A stretch of DNA of 64,000 bases from Mizuhopecten yessoensis (Eukaryota). Shown here in pieces: positions 25,985-38,424 of this stretch. Within the stretch, counting starts at the first letter, position 1, and every line of letters starts with the position of its first letter. Made by a program: the position numbers and the translations under genes. The notes below the pieces were generated by a model, which saw nothing but the letters and a program-made list of their open reading frames with translations, was not told the origin of the DNA and made no database searches. The DNA lies in the NCBI RefSeq assembly GCF_002113885.1, contig NW_018406762.1:1390834-1454833 (forward strand), read 5' to 3'.

Positions 25985-26195
25985 TGTGCTGCCAATGGTT
26001 TGCACTTTTTGTGCTAACTGTATGCTGATGTGCTCAGGCATGTGCTATATGTGCAAGTCTGCTTTACCATGTGCTTACATTGTGCAAATGTGCCTAATAT
26101 GTGCGAATGTATGTGCTGTATGCAAATGTGCTATTATGCTTATATTACCATGTGCTGATGTGCTTACCTTGTGCAATGTGCCTATTATGTGAAAA
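25985..26195. repeat. Degenerate TGTGC-rich short-period repeat
   Basis: (a)tgtgc recurs roughly every 10 nt; the Cys-rich ORF 25986..26192 is a by-product. Confidence 0.65.
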
Positions 26196-26199
26196 TGCT

Positions 26200-26395
26200 T
26201 TTAAAATGATAAACTCTTTTCTCTGTGCTTACAGTATAGTACATGTATGTTTTTTTTAATTTATCCATGTTGTAATGGTTTTTGTTTCTGTTATCATACT
26301 CATGTTTTAGTCGAAATACAAGCTCTTTGTAGCTTATGTTGTATGTTGTGCAAAAACGACGTAAAATAAATATTCTTGTATCTTGTATCTTGCAT
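26200..26395 (+). mobile_element. 5'-truncated LINE 3' end with (TCTTGTA)n tail
   Basis: agctctttgtagcttatgttgtatg...aataaatattcttgtatcttgtatcttg: a polyA signal followed by a short tandem tail, typical of non-LTR 3' ends. Confidence 0.45.
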
Positions 26396-26644
26396 GTATC
26401 TTTGTTATCACGATACCGAGACCTGGGCAATGCGGTGATACTTTGTTGATACCTAGTTATACAATAACAACAGAATACACAATGTATCATCGTAGCAGAT
26501 GGCTTTCCCATTAAAAAAAAATGGTATAATGCTTTGCTCAGATTGAACAGTAAGTAATCTTGCATTTTTTTTTTTTCAAATATACCTTATACCCGATAAG
26601 GATAATTACATATATACAATAAATGTATATAGATAATCCAATCC

Positions 26645-26720
26645 TGTCCCGTTTCTGTGCGTTTCTGTAAATCGTCGCCCGTTTCTGTGCGTTCCTGTAA
26701 ATCGTCGCCCGTTCGTGCCC
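26645..26720. repeat. 30-bp tandem repeat (2.5 units), with a related unit at ~27012-27045
   Basis: cccgtttctgtgcgtt.ctgtaaatcgtcg repeated. Confidence 0.75.
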
Positions 26721-27553
26721 GATCCATATCAATACAATACTCTTAATTCGTTGCAATTCTTCTATCAAATATGTTTTATACCAGATAAAAAATATATAAT
26801 AATATAGATATAGGTCTCATAAGTAATGACGACAGAATTTTTATATATATATTTTAGTTCTGCGCCGATCATGCAATTGCATTTTGTTTTATCAAATATA
26901 TCTTATACCCGATAATTAATTAAATATATACGATAGATATATCTAATCAAGTCCGATCCTGCCCCGATCCATATCAATACAATACTCTTAATTTGTAATT
27001 ATTAATATATTTCTGCCCGTTTCTGCCCGGTCCTGTAAATCGTCTGACCGGTCATCTGGCATTGACAATACATTCATTTAGTAAACAGATAATATTGCAT
27101 TACACTTAGGAGGGGGGAGTACATTCTCCTGGGTTTTGGTTTATCATACAAGTGATAGAGATCTATGGACTGATATGAGCAAGGAGGTAGACTATGCATA
27201 CGTTCAGATACATTAATTTTAGCAAGATTGGTTTGATAAACTTGTTGGCTGTTCATCTCATAAATATTATATACACAATCATCATGCCATGGGCATGGAC
27301 ATGTGCCATGTATGTTTGGATATATGAGAAAAAAATGGATACAGATTAGAAATTATAAATCATGCATAAAAATCAGACAAATCAGGGTACACAAAATATA
27401 CTTGTATTACATATAAATATATACATGGTACACATGGAGGGAAGTTGAATGGCATATCAGACCGGCATATCAGTAGTACAATAAAAATTACCTACCCATT
27501 TTCCCGTAGTATCCTCTAACTCCAGTGAATATCAATTAATATATATATATATA

Positions 27554-28154
27554 TTTATCGCACCCCGGACAAAAATGTCCAAAATCCATTGGTTTAGAGC
27601 TGTCACGTGGTGACCCTCTAATTTTCTATATAGGGTCAGTAGGATTCCATTATAGGGCAATATGGCCGCCCATTGCTCACCGCTTCAAAACTAAAACAAC
27701 AGATACCGGGTACCTGAATATTCTGAAAATGATACAATGCTCACCGTAATTCCCATTCGCTACATTGTATCGTAAAATGATAGGAGTTGCTTCCCCTACG
27801 CCAGGCAAAATTAGTAAGACGCTGTCGCAAGCGACCGTCTTTTGTTTTAGCGTGGGTGCCGTCCCCTTATCTAAGCGTTTCGGTGACATTGAGAGACAAC
27901 AGCACAACAACAACATGGAGAGATTTGGGCAGACGACAACGGAAGAAATAGACAAGAAGCGACTAAACAGTCAGTCTGCCCAAACGCAAAAGGGTCCTCG
28001 ATGCGATAAATTCGTTATATAGTCAGTTACTGACCCTCTACAGAACCATAGAGGGTCAGTAAGATGTATAGGAGGCTCGGGCTCCGCCCTCGCCCCCTAT
28101 AAATCTTACTGACCCTCTATGGTTCTGTAGAGGGTCAGTAACTGACTATATAAC
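27554..28154 (+). mobile_element. Hairpin-terminated non-autonomous element, probably Crypton-derived
   Basis: Imperfect inverted repeat tttatcgcaccccggac (27554) / gtcctcgatgcgataaa (27994-28010), followed by a 141-bp near-perfect palindrome (28014-28154). It contains a truncated ORF start MERFGQTTTEEIDKKRLNSQSAQTQK resembling N-termini of Crypton/DUF3504-type proteins (recalled, not searched). Confidence 0.55.
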
Positions 28155-29194
28155 TAATAATATATATGTATTAGGAGATATTGAAATAACATAAGTTATA
28201 GACTACTTATGAAACACTATAAACGTGATGAAAACATATGGTAAACACTTTATTCCTTTGATAGGGGGTGAACTGTTTCCTGGATTTGCTGGAAGTACTG
28301 TTGTAAAAATGCACTTGTAAAGTGGCCGAGCCGACTTCTCTGCATGCTCGGTGAGCAGGTCAACTCGCCCGGAGGTGCTGAGCTGCCGTGCGTGACATGT
28401 CGAGGGTAGTCTACGCTTGGTCAAGCCGCTATACGGACGTATTTCGCGTACTGTTGGTCTGCTCGTAGATTACACTCGCCGTTGCAGGCTAACCTTATAG
28501 TTAGCATTCATATTACTTGAACACTTCTGATGATAGTGATTGCTACAATGTCTTACAACTTTCGCTACGATTATTCAGGGCGTGATCTCTTTTCTTTGCG
28601 CTGAGAATTGTGTATCAATTTGAAAATACCGGGAATGAAACACCCATGGGCATGACAAAGTAGTTTTGTGTCATTCCAGTCACCGATATTAGCTCAGAAA
28701 TCACGACCGTAAAATGACTTAAAATTTTACTGATTACGTTTGTTTCGATGTCAGTTCATTGAAGCTGTACGCGTTTTATCTCAAATCATCTGAGCACAAC
28801 GTCATACACTGACCGTGTACATTGTTCGTCACCAGAAACGTTTACCTCAAAAAGAGAATGAGTGAGTAACTTTAGCAGACGTGTTGCATAACAAACCTTC
28901 TTTGATTGGAAAGTTTTTTTTATTCTCCGGCTTGAGGCGAGACAGACAAGTAAAAGTGGATCAGAGTCGTCTTCTTCTTAATACAATGTTGTTTGCAGTG
29001 CATAAATTTAGTTTAGATGATGACACGACCCCCATGAAAGCACCGTCTGCGAATATGTGATCATTTAAATGGCGTTGATGAAAAACCTTTTCGTTTTGTA
29101 TTTCCTTATTTTTCATTTTTGTTTGTTTCATCTTCAACAACCTAACAGTCCATATGTACTCTCACCTGTAAACAGAAGCAAGATTTTCTCAGTC

Positions 29195-29218
29195 ATCATG
29201 ATCATCATGATCATCCTC

Positions 29219-29277
<59 letters not shown>

Positions 29278-29336
29278 GATGATCATCATCATCATCATCA
29301 TCATCATCATAATCATTTCATCATCATCATCATCAA
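29195..29336. repeat. Compound (GAT)n/(CAT)n microsatellite in inverted arrangement
   Basis: About 20 GAT units directly followed by CAT units; poly-Met/poly-Ile ORFs are artefacts. Confidence 0.9.
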
Positions 29337-29905
29337 AATGCACAATGACCAGCATAATCATCAGCATCATCTACAAACATTGAAGAGCACCATCCTCATC
29401 ATTTACACACCCTGATGGTCATACTTACTTATACACGTGTACACCCATGCACTCTCTAAAAACATATACTTCACAAAGTACATCATTTATATACTCAAAT
29501 ATACACTCAATCTTACACACCTATACGTATACACATATATATGCACCGAATCCGTGTTTTTCTTCTATAGGTGCATCGTATTTTATTTCTGTAAGGATTA
29601 CCTCTTTTTGTTGGTATTCAATGCACGAGTCCTTTGGCGTCTTTGAAATGAGTCATACGTTCTTGTTTACTTCTTAATTTGTGTAAAAGTTTTGTGTTCG
29701 TCGGAAATGTGTCATCAATCTTGATGTATCACTTCAATATGTTATCAATACTAGTGTAACTCTCATTTTTTTCATCAACGTTTGTCTACTTTTTTAATGT
29801 GTACTATTTTATCATAACATCGATTGCATGGTTTAGTTCTAATTACCATTTTTACATAATGTTACATAGTGTAACAGCATATACCCTTAAATACGACGTG
29901 ATATG

Positions 29906-30070
29906 GTTTGGGTTGGTTGTGTGTTATGCCCTATAAACATCTATTGTCATTTAAGGACGTTCCTTGTTTTGGTGGCGGAGGAAAGCTAGTACCTGCCGAT
30001 TGCCTAAAGTAGGTTTCGAAATTGCGACCCAGTGTTGTAGGACTAGTGGAAGCAGAATGTCAGTGAACGT
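29906..30070 (-). mobile_element. tRNA-derived SINE remnant with target-site duplication
   Basis: ggtttgggttgg...gtcatttaaggacg...ggaggaaagc...ggtttcgaa..gcgacccag (B-box-like on the minus strand), flanked by the direct repeat cgtgatatg (29897-29905 and 30071-30079). It is absent from the older paralog at ~2490. A second copy lies at ~48875-49041. Confidence 0.65.
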
Positions 30071-30238
30071 CGTGATATGAAGTCAACAAGAGAATGCACA
30101 TGGTGCCATTTGGGCTTAGTTCTGAGTTCTCGGTACTGTTGACGCTGGATTTGCTGCAAATTGAAACAGTTGAATGGACTACAAAAATGTATTCAGTGAA
30201 AATATTTTTTTGCTCTTAATATGTTTGTTCTCTCATAT

Positions 30239-30716
30239 TCACTTTGTGTTTACGCCACCGGATATCGGCACCACGGAGGCGGAGATTTTGTATGATGGGC
30301 CACGGTTGATGATGAATATTTTTTGATGACTTCCTAAACTGCATTGACAAGCATATGCTTAAGGCTTTATGTATCAATATCTCATATTTTTAGCGTTTAT
30401 CGAAGTCATAGAAATCAATCAAATAATCCCTCAGATAACGATATAATTTAAATTTCAGCTACACAAAAGATGCCCCGGCGTTCATTGGTACCAGGCAGTA
30501 TTTTGCAAGGTGATAAAACATATCTTCAATATATTATGTCGATGTCATTTCATTAATTTTCAATTGAGATAGTTTAGGAGTGTTCTACCAGGTCTTGCTA
30601 TTAAATGAGGCCTATAAACAAAAACCTAATGAACCAAAAACTCATCCTCACGCTGCTAACATTTACAATGGTTCCGCTTCCCTGGTCCGATGTCTGGTGC
30701 CGTTAACACACGGTGA
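30239..30716. mobile_element. Degenerate MITE with ~80-bp imperfect TIRs
   Basis: tcactttgtgtttacgccaccggatatcggcaccacggaggcggag is the reverse complement of ttccgcttccctggtccgatgtctggtgccgttaacacacggtga. The duplicate at ~49165-49643 has better preserved arms. Confidence 0.55.
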
Positions 30717-31059
30717 TCTTTCAGTGATAGTGTCTCCCGTTCTAGTCGTGAGATATTTATGTCATCACACAGAGAGTAGATTAGCCACGCATACTTGTGA
30801 AGACATAATGAAAAAGATTGAATACGTCTCTTTTTATAATTTCCACCATCATACATTGTAGCTGGCGTAATAACTTCTCTATTTGTAATCGACATTTCAG
30901 ATGAGAAAGAACTGATCATAGTATACATTTCGAATAAGACGGATACACAGGATTACGTGGGCTAAGATTCGTCTGGATTTTCATTTTTAAGAACCTCTGA
31001 GACAGAGGTTTGTCTGCCTTGCCATCAAATGGGGGAAAGTTCTCTTTACTTAACGACTA

Positions 31060-31385
31060 GAATCATTTTGGACAAGATATAGCACAGCAATTCGTCAGTA
31101 ATCAGTTTTGACGAGGTATACCACAATGATTCACGAATTTTTAGTCTTGACAAAGTAAAGCGCAGCAATTCCTGAGTAATAATTTTGGACAATGTATAAC
31201 AACAGTTCGAGAGTAACAATTTTGGACAATGTATAACAACATTTGGAGAGTAACAATTTTGGACAAGATAACTCAATGATTCGAGATTTATTATTTTGGA
31301 CGATAAATAACAATGATTCCCGAGTATTAATGTTTGGCGAGATATAACACAAATATATTTTCACGATTTTTTGTTGACAAAACAT
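31060..31385. repeat. ~38-bp degenerate minisatellite
   Basis: gagtaa.aattttggacaa.gtataac.caa.gattc repeated ~8 times. Confidence 0.75.
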
Positions 31386-32516
31386 TTCTTGGATACACAC
31401 TTTTGTGAAGTCTTTGATTCATGAGGTGTTTTTATTGTTCATGGTTCCTTGAAAACAGCGAAAATTGGCGCACCATACGGTTCTCATGTGATAAGGTAAC
31501 ATTGTGTGATAAATATCATAAGTTGATACAGGAGTGAGTGATACATGATACTGTTGGTTTTAAATCTCAATCAGTTTAATTTATTACTGATTTCCTTAAT
31601 AAATTTAATATAAATTTATATTTAATGTTTAAGAACATTTCTCTTTAGTGTACAAAAACATGTTTATATTAATAAAACATTAGAAATTGGTATTACTTAC
31701 CCGTGTGATGATATTTTAACATGTTCAGGCATTACTATTACTTCTGATATACAAAGCTTGTACTTGTATCTGGTAAATACTGTATTAATTAAAGATGCAA
31801 AAGTACTATAAATTGATGATAACTTACAAATGCAACACATTCAAACACAAATACAACTGTTAACATAAATGACTTGTACATATTGGTTGCTAATGCTGTG
31901 CTAGTTAAACGATGTGGGTTTGATATCAACTAATGCTATTTTCACATGTTCAATTATCAAAAATACTGCCTACAAGAATACTTGTTCACATATTTGATTA
32001 ATGTGTATATCAATTATAAGACAAAAAACGATGTTAATTTATGATATTAAAACATATTCAAACATCAGAATCTCATCTTTGTTAAGTTTCTTTAACATGT
32101 TGAACCATCAATAATCATTGCCTGTACACTCATCTGGTCAGTTGATTCGTGTATTATGAGATAAGAAAAAGATACTAATTTATGATATTAAAACATATCC
32201 AAACAAGCAAAACATGACAAAGTGATATTAGTTTAATAGTTTTTAACGTGTTCAACCATCAAAAGTTATGTCTATAGGTAATGCATGTACATATATTTGG
32301 TTATTGCTGTATTAGTTTATACAGCCTATTGATATTAAGTGATGATATTTTTATTTGTTAAACCTTTAAAGCGATAAAGTATGGAGTGATGGGATAGAAG
32401 AGGGGACAGGTAATAAAAAAACTGAAACATTAAGAAATACCTTTATATATAGTACCGATGAAGCAAGCAGATTGATTTTATAGCTTTGAGTTACTTCCCT
32501 GTCTACATAGGAATCT

Positions 32517-33858
32517 GTGTTTGACAAATTTGTCCCTGTGACTTTGTAAGTAGGTATTGTAATGTCATTTTCCTTCTCAAATTTTATTAGCTCTATCCCA
32601 AAAAACTATCATTCAAATCTTATGAATCCATTCCTTTTGGTTCTTTAGAACAAATTGTTTGAAATGTTGTTGACCTCTGTGACCTTTAAAGTAGGTTGAG
32701 GTCATTTTCATTTGCAATATTATGTGAGCTCTATCCCAGGAAGCCACCAGCCAAATATTATATGCCTTTCGATTATTCAGAAGAAGCTGTTTGATGTTTT
32801 GAACATTTTTGACACCTTGAAAGTAGGTCAAGGTTATTTTCATCCTCAAACTTTGTCGGGCTCTTTCCCATGAATCCACCTTCCACATATAAAGATTATA
32901 TACCTTTTAGTTCTTCAGAAGTAGTCGTTTGAAGCGTTTGATATATTTGACCGCTGTGACCTTGAAAGTAGTTCAAAGTCATTTTAATTCTCACACTTTG
33001 TCGGGCTTCATCCCAGAAAGCCATCAGCCAAATATAAAAATGCTTTACCTTTTAGTTCTTCAGAAGAAGGCGTTTGAAGCGTTTGACCACTGTGACCTTG
33101 AAAGTAAATCAAAGTCGTTTTAATTCTCAAACCTTGTTGGGCTCTATCCCAGGAAGCCAACAGCCAATATAAAAACTCTATACATTTTAGTTCTTCAGAA
33201 CACATTTGACCCATGTGACCTTTAAAGTAGGTCAAGGTCATTTCCTTCTCAGCCTTTGTCGGGCTTTATCCCAGGAAGCCAACTGCCAAATTTAATACGT
33301 TTCAGTTCTTCAGAAGAAGTCGTTTGAAGCGTTTTACACATTTGACATACGTGACTTAGAAAGTAGGTCAAGGTCATTTCCTTCTCAACCTTTGTCGGGC
33401 TTTATCACAGGAAGCCAACTGCCAAATTTAATAATTTTCAGTTCTTCAGAAGAAGTCGTTTGAAGCGTTTGACACATTTGACACCGTGACTTAGAAAGTA
33501 GGTCAAGGTCATTTTCGTTCTCAAACTTTGTACATGTCCGGTTCCATTCCAGGACGCCATCAGTCAAATATGAAGATTCCATACCTTTAAGCTCTTCATG
33601 AAAATTGGTTTGAAGCTATTGACAGATTTGACCGCTGTGACCTTGCAAGAAGATCAAGGTCATTTTAATGAAGAAATTTAATAGTACTCAATCACAGGTA
33701 CCTACTGACCAAACATCATAACCCTAGGCCCTCAAGTTCTTCAGAAGATTCGCTCAAAGAAAAAGTTGACGGACAGACTAACAAATGACGACGAACGCTG
33801 TAGTATGGCATACGCTCACATTCACATGGCCCTTCGGTCCCGGTGAGCTATTAAAAAA
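32517..33858 (+). mobile_element. Second HINE/Helitron-like element copy (5' end deleted, internal ~120-140-bp repeats expanded)
   Basis: Same TGACCTTGAAAGTAGGTCAAGGTCA units and terminal gctcac...ggcccttcggtcc.ggtgagct hairpin as 5008-5825, at the paralogous position 3' of TRIM copy 4. Confidence 0.6.
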
Positions 33859-34518
33859 ACTATTTAGAGTTTCAACTTTAATTGTGTTTTCTACATGAAT
33901 AGAAAATAAGAAATATTGTACAAATATAATACCTTTTAAAAGTATGTAATTGGATGTTTGTATTATTTGGAAACGAACTTTTCGAGTTAAAAAACTTAAT
34001 GGGGATAATTTCATGCAGCACACTCTTAAATATTGATAAAGTGTTTTTCTGTCTGATTCTGTCTCTCTCCCCCTTCTCTTTAACTACCTCTTCATGTGTG
34101 CATATGATTAATTACGTGGCGCAAAAATGTCTTCAAGAAATATTTCATCATTGTACAAATTGTAATAATATATTTAAACTTGATGGTACTGGAGATTTAC
34201 CTTAAGATGACATGAAATATTTCAAAATAGATTCTTAAAAAATAGGTAAATAAATAAAACGAAACCCTCAGTGCAGCTCACTAGTTAACTCGCTGACCAG
34301 TTCAATGATCGGGCATTGTCGGTTCAAAAACCTTATTACTTTAAAAAAAAATTCACAGATGTCATTAACACCAATTGATCAATTGTTCGAATGTCTCTAC
34401 AAAATGAATCGATATTTGAGAGTGTTTATTAGACATTGATGAATTGTTTGTGATGATATTTACATAATGAAGTAATGTACCACGAGGACAGGTGTTTATC
34501 ATGTACTCTTTCCTCATG

Positions 34519-36138
34519 TTACAGTCTCATCACGTGTACGGTACCGTCTATACAACCAACCCACACGTTCCCACACGTATCCACACCCACCGCTGTAGGT
34601 TCGATCACTCCATGTTTCTTGTCCAGCAGACACATGGCCTGTGTACTATCTCTATGTAGGACATACACCTGATCGTTGAAGGAGTCTGGTACAAACAGTC
34701 TGTCGTACTTGTCACGTGACATCTTAAAGAGGTTCCTACTACCAACCTGTTGACCGTTGTTGATTTCACCAGACCATTTATATTTTGTTGTACCAGATCT
34801 GTCTGTTACGACTGATACATTACTAAAGTCCGACACTGCAATGTCTCCTGATGAAAAACATGTAATAAACCACCCACGTATTCCACACGTCACCTTCCTC
34901 ACAATCGTACCTGACTGATTCAGTACCACTATGTCTGGTGTACCTGTACTAACAAACACCTCCTGCCTCTCGTTGATGATGATGTCACATGCTTCATGTG
35001 GTCTGATGTCAGCAAATGTTGTCACTTGTTGGTTGTGTAGTGATAGTTTATGTACATATGAATTGTCATTATGACTGGTCATAAGTATGTCTGTTGTCCC
35101 GACCATGGTGATTTTGTACGGACAGAAGTCCAGTTTAACTGTCTCTTTGACCACACCCTCGCTATTGATCAGTACCAGACCCTGGTATTGATATATTAAT
35201 AACCACGCGTGACTGTCGTCGACTGGACATATATCCAATATTTGATTTCGTTGAGTAACAGTAGACGTAGAGAGACGTTGAACGTGTTTACTGTCGATGT
35301 CTGTCTTTTCGTACTGGTTCTCGTGGTGTAATTCACCTAACATTTTCGTCAACAGGACGCGGTCGATACTTCCGGTAACAAAGCTTGGTTGTTTTGGTGA
35401 AACATGTTTCATCTTAACGTCATACAGGGGAAGAGTATTCCTTAATGACACTTCCGTTTCAAATATGGATACACTAGATGTATCCGTCAATTCTGCCTTT
35501 TCAAGCAGACGCGTCAGCTCTTCGACATTTTTCTCCGATCGTTGAATATCTTTCTTGTACAGCAGTGATTCCTCTTTTTCCAAAGATGCTAACTCGGCCA
35601 GCACTGTTTCCGCGATACAATCTACTTCTGCCTTTAACTTAGTCCTCTGTGAGTTTACCTCTTTCCTCGTTGTATCAATGTTGTCTTTGAACGTTTTGTT
35701 CACGCGATGTCGCTCTGATGTCTCGTTCTTGAAATTTGCTATTTTATCAGCTAACGTTGTCATATGTTCCTTTAAATGTTCCTTTTTGACAGACAGTTCG
35801 TCTTCAAAAAGTTTCCAGTTGTGTTGTTTATGATTTTTAGATAAACATATCGAACAAATCAACTCGTTGCAGTCCGAGCAGAACATATCACACAGTTTAC
35901 CGGGATGTAGTTTACATACCTCTCGTAGAGGCTTGTCGCCCTGACGGGTAGCCTTCCCTATCGACACGACGTCATCGTTTTTTGTTTTCCTTCCTCGTGT
36001 ATGGGTTTCCTTACACCGGTCACATAAACTCTCCTGACAATCGTTACAGTACCATCTTACCCCATCTTCACTGTCACACAGAGCACACGTGTAGGTAACG
36101 GGTTCCTGAGCACGCCGTACGGACCTGTTACTTGCCAT
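34519..36138 (-). CDS. TRIM-like protein copy 4, intact, 539 aa
   Basis: 1620-nt ORF collinear with copy 1 without indels; B-box ligands intact; AATAAA and E-box retained. Confidence 0.9.
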   Translation of the reverse strand: MASNRSVRRAQEPVTYTCALCDSEDGVRWYCNDCQESLCDRCKETHTRGRKTKNDDVVSIGKATRQGDKPLREVCKLHPGKLCDMFCSDCNELICSICLSKNHKQHNWKLFEDELSVKKEHLKEHMTTLADKIANFKNETSERHRVNKTFKDNIDTTRKEVNSQRTKLKAEVDCIAETVLAELASLEKEESLLYKKDIQRSEKNVEELTRLLEKAELTDTSSVSIFETEVSLRNTLPLYDVKMKHVSPKQPSFVTGSIDRVLLTKMLGELHHENQYEKTDIDSKHVQRLSTSTVTQRNQILDICPVDDSHAWLLIYQYQGLVLINSEGVVKETVKLDFCPYKITMVGTTDILMTSHNDNSYVHKLSLHNQQVTTFADIRPHEACDIIINERQEVFVSTGTPDIVVLNQSGTIVRKVTCGIRGWFITCFSSGDIAVSDFSNVSVVTDRSGTTKYKWSGEINNGQQVGSRNLFKMSRDKYDRLFVPDSFNDQVYVLHRDSTQAMCLLDKKHGVIEPTAVGVDTCGNVWVGCIDGTVHVMRL

Positions 36139-36724
36139 GATGTTGGTACTTGAGTGCGTTTGAAGGAATACTTTGCCTACAAACTGTGAACTGCCACCAT
36201 TTTGTTATGACGGTACAACTTTATCTATACACCTCCTTGTTACGGGTATATCACGTGACTTGACCGACAGACAGTATAAAGTCCCGGACTCCTGGCGCTA
36301 GTCCAAAAATAATCTAACTAAATGGCAGATCTTGCTATCATACGTAACCATGATAACATGTGTGTATAGGACATACTTTGTACATGTGTGTTATCTTGCA
36401 CATTTTAGTTGTGATTTGTACTTGAGTTGTGTCCCTTCGACCAAACATTAGAACTATCGAAACGGACTGTTAAGTGTAGACTATGTGATGAAGTATAATA
36501 TTTGCCTGTTTTTGTCCAATACTGTGTTTGATACCAGACAGGTTACATAAATAGATATAAGCATCAGGAGGACACATCTACAACTTAATTCAGTCTTAGG
36601 AGGACGAAGAAGCTGTATGATGTACTGTAATATTCTTTTGGCATACTTTATGTATAACTTAATTTTAAAGGTGCATCACATTTATTTATGTTATGTCATC
36701 CCTTTACCAAATACATGGACATTA

Positions 36725-36990
36725 GATATATGTGACGAACCCCGGTATGCTGTGACCCATAGCAGTGTAGCCTATGTTTATGATTGAAATACGTAAATAT
36801 CACCTGTTTGTTGTGACCCATAGCATTGTAGCCTATGTGATCTCCAGACATATGTGACGAACCCCGGTATGCTGTGACCCATAGCAGTGTAGCCTATGTG
36901 AATGATTGAAATACGTAAATATCCCCTGTATGCTGTGACCCATATCAGTGTAGCCTATGTGAACTACAGACACATGTAACGAACCTTTGT
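36725..36990. repeat. Alternating ~55/65-bp tandem repeat
   Basis: tgtgacccatagcagtgtagcctatgt occurs four times with two alternating spacers; one unit at paralogous ~8693-8755. Confidence 0.75.
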
Positions 36991-38184
36991 ACTCAATACA
37001 CTGGTACGGAGGCTTGTTAATTTTCACTATCTGCCCCACTTTTCACTAAAGACCCATGATATCACACAGTTGTGATGAATTATGTTCATCTACTTAGTTT
37101 CAGATAGATAAAATACTACTGCATTATTATATATCCTATATACCCCTGTTTGTAACAAAATCATATATATATATATATAGTCAATGAAAAAACAAAGAAC
37201 GTTTCTGGTTTGTTGAGTTTGTTAGATGTCAGTTAATGTATCATGTTGTTAAAGCTGTAGCATAACTAGTCATTTGTTTTGAAACAAAAGACAAAGAAAT
37301 GTGTTTCCTTATCTTGATATTTGTTCATGCATCTGATACTTTTTGGCATATTTGCTCTCAATTGTTTGATTGAGACAAATACATTATATAGATGCCTTTT
37401 GCAAATGTGAAATTATGTGTTTGTGGGTATTTCAGAGATAAAAAAAAAATAATCAAAATGACTATTCGTGATTTCCAACTTCAAATGTTCAGGAAATATT
37501 ATGCTATTGCAATATATTTATGTAACTTACCCGGAGGAGGGAATGGACCTAGCACACCCATGCCCCTCCCGACACCCCTAAAATAGAGAATCGTTACTTT
37601 AAAGTTAACACTACAGTGTTTTGAATTGGACTCTAACTGTTAACCCTTATTTAAACATGTGCTTATATAATGTTATGCAGTATATAATCATAAAAACATT
37701 CAAAGTCCTTGTGATGGTTAAATATAAAAAGCAAATACAAAGAGGTGAAAGATGAAATCTAAAGAGGTGTAAATGCTAAGAAACTCTTTGTATTTCTTTT
37801 ATATATATATTTTTGAGCAATCGCGTTATTACAGTTACTTGCGACTCAATCTTATTTGAGTATTTATACTTTTTTAGTGTACATAATTTCAGTGTGAAAA
37901 TTATTGACGTGTTTTGTCTATTTCGACACGTACTAGATATGACTCGACTTTATAAAGAAAACGTACTGCCTCGGTCGGAGAAACACACTCACAAAACATG
38001 GTGGTAGCTGTGGACGCTGAGTCTGTCAGAGATGACAGGGGACTACACATATGATCCTTCCTCCAGGATGTCAGGAGCGGATAGTCAGCATACTGGATTG
38101 TTTCATAATATAAAACTTCATTCATATAAAATAAGTATAAAACAAGTTATTAAAACTCATATTTAACTCTTTTTTTACCTAATG

Positions 38185-38335
38185 TTAGCGTGTGGGGGTC
38201 TCAATTTGAGAGAAAACTGGAGTACCTAGAAAAACCCAAGCAGGTGAGCAAGATCTTTCCACGTCCGATCGCAGAATCAAAACCGACCTCTTTGGTGAAA
38301 GAAGAAGAGTGTATTATCCACTGCACCGATGTTTG
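38185..38335 (-). mobile_element. Degenerate tRNA-derived SINE fragment
   Basis: gagaaaactggagtacctagaaaaaccca...gaatcaaaaccg...ggtgaaag...atccactgcacc is the reverse complement of a SINE tRNA head/core. A deleted paralog lies at ~9435-9510 and a related fragment at ~60925-60978. Confidence 0.5.
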
Positions 38336-38424
38336 CCTGATTTAAGGAGTTAGGGAGAACGTCATACACACTAATGATATGTGATGGTCATGGTATGTAC
38401 ACCAAGTCATCTGTATCAATTTTG

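Noticed and set aside
29069-29383. Poly-Met/poly-Ile ORFs (also 48144-48386)
   Set aside because: Trinucleotide microsatellite artefacts.
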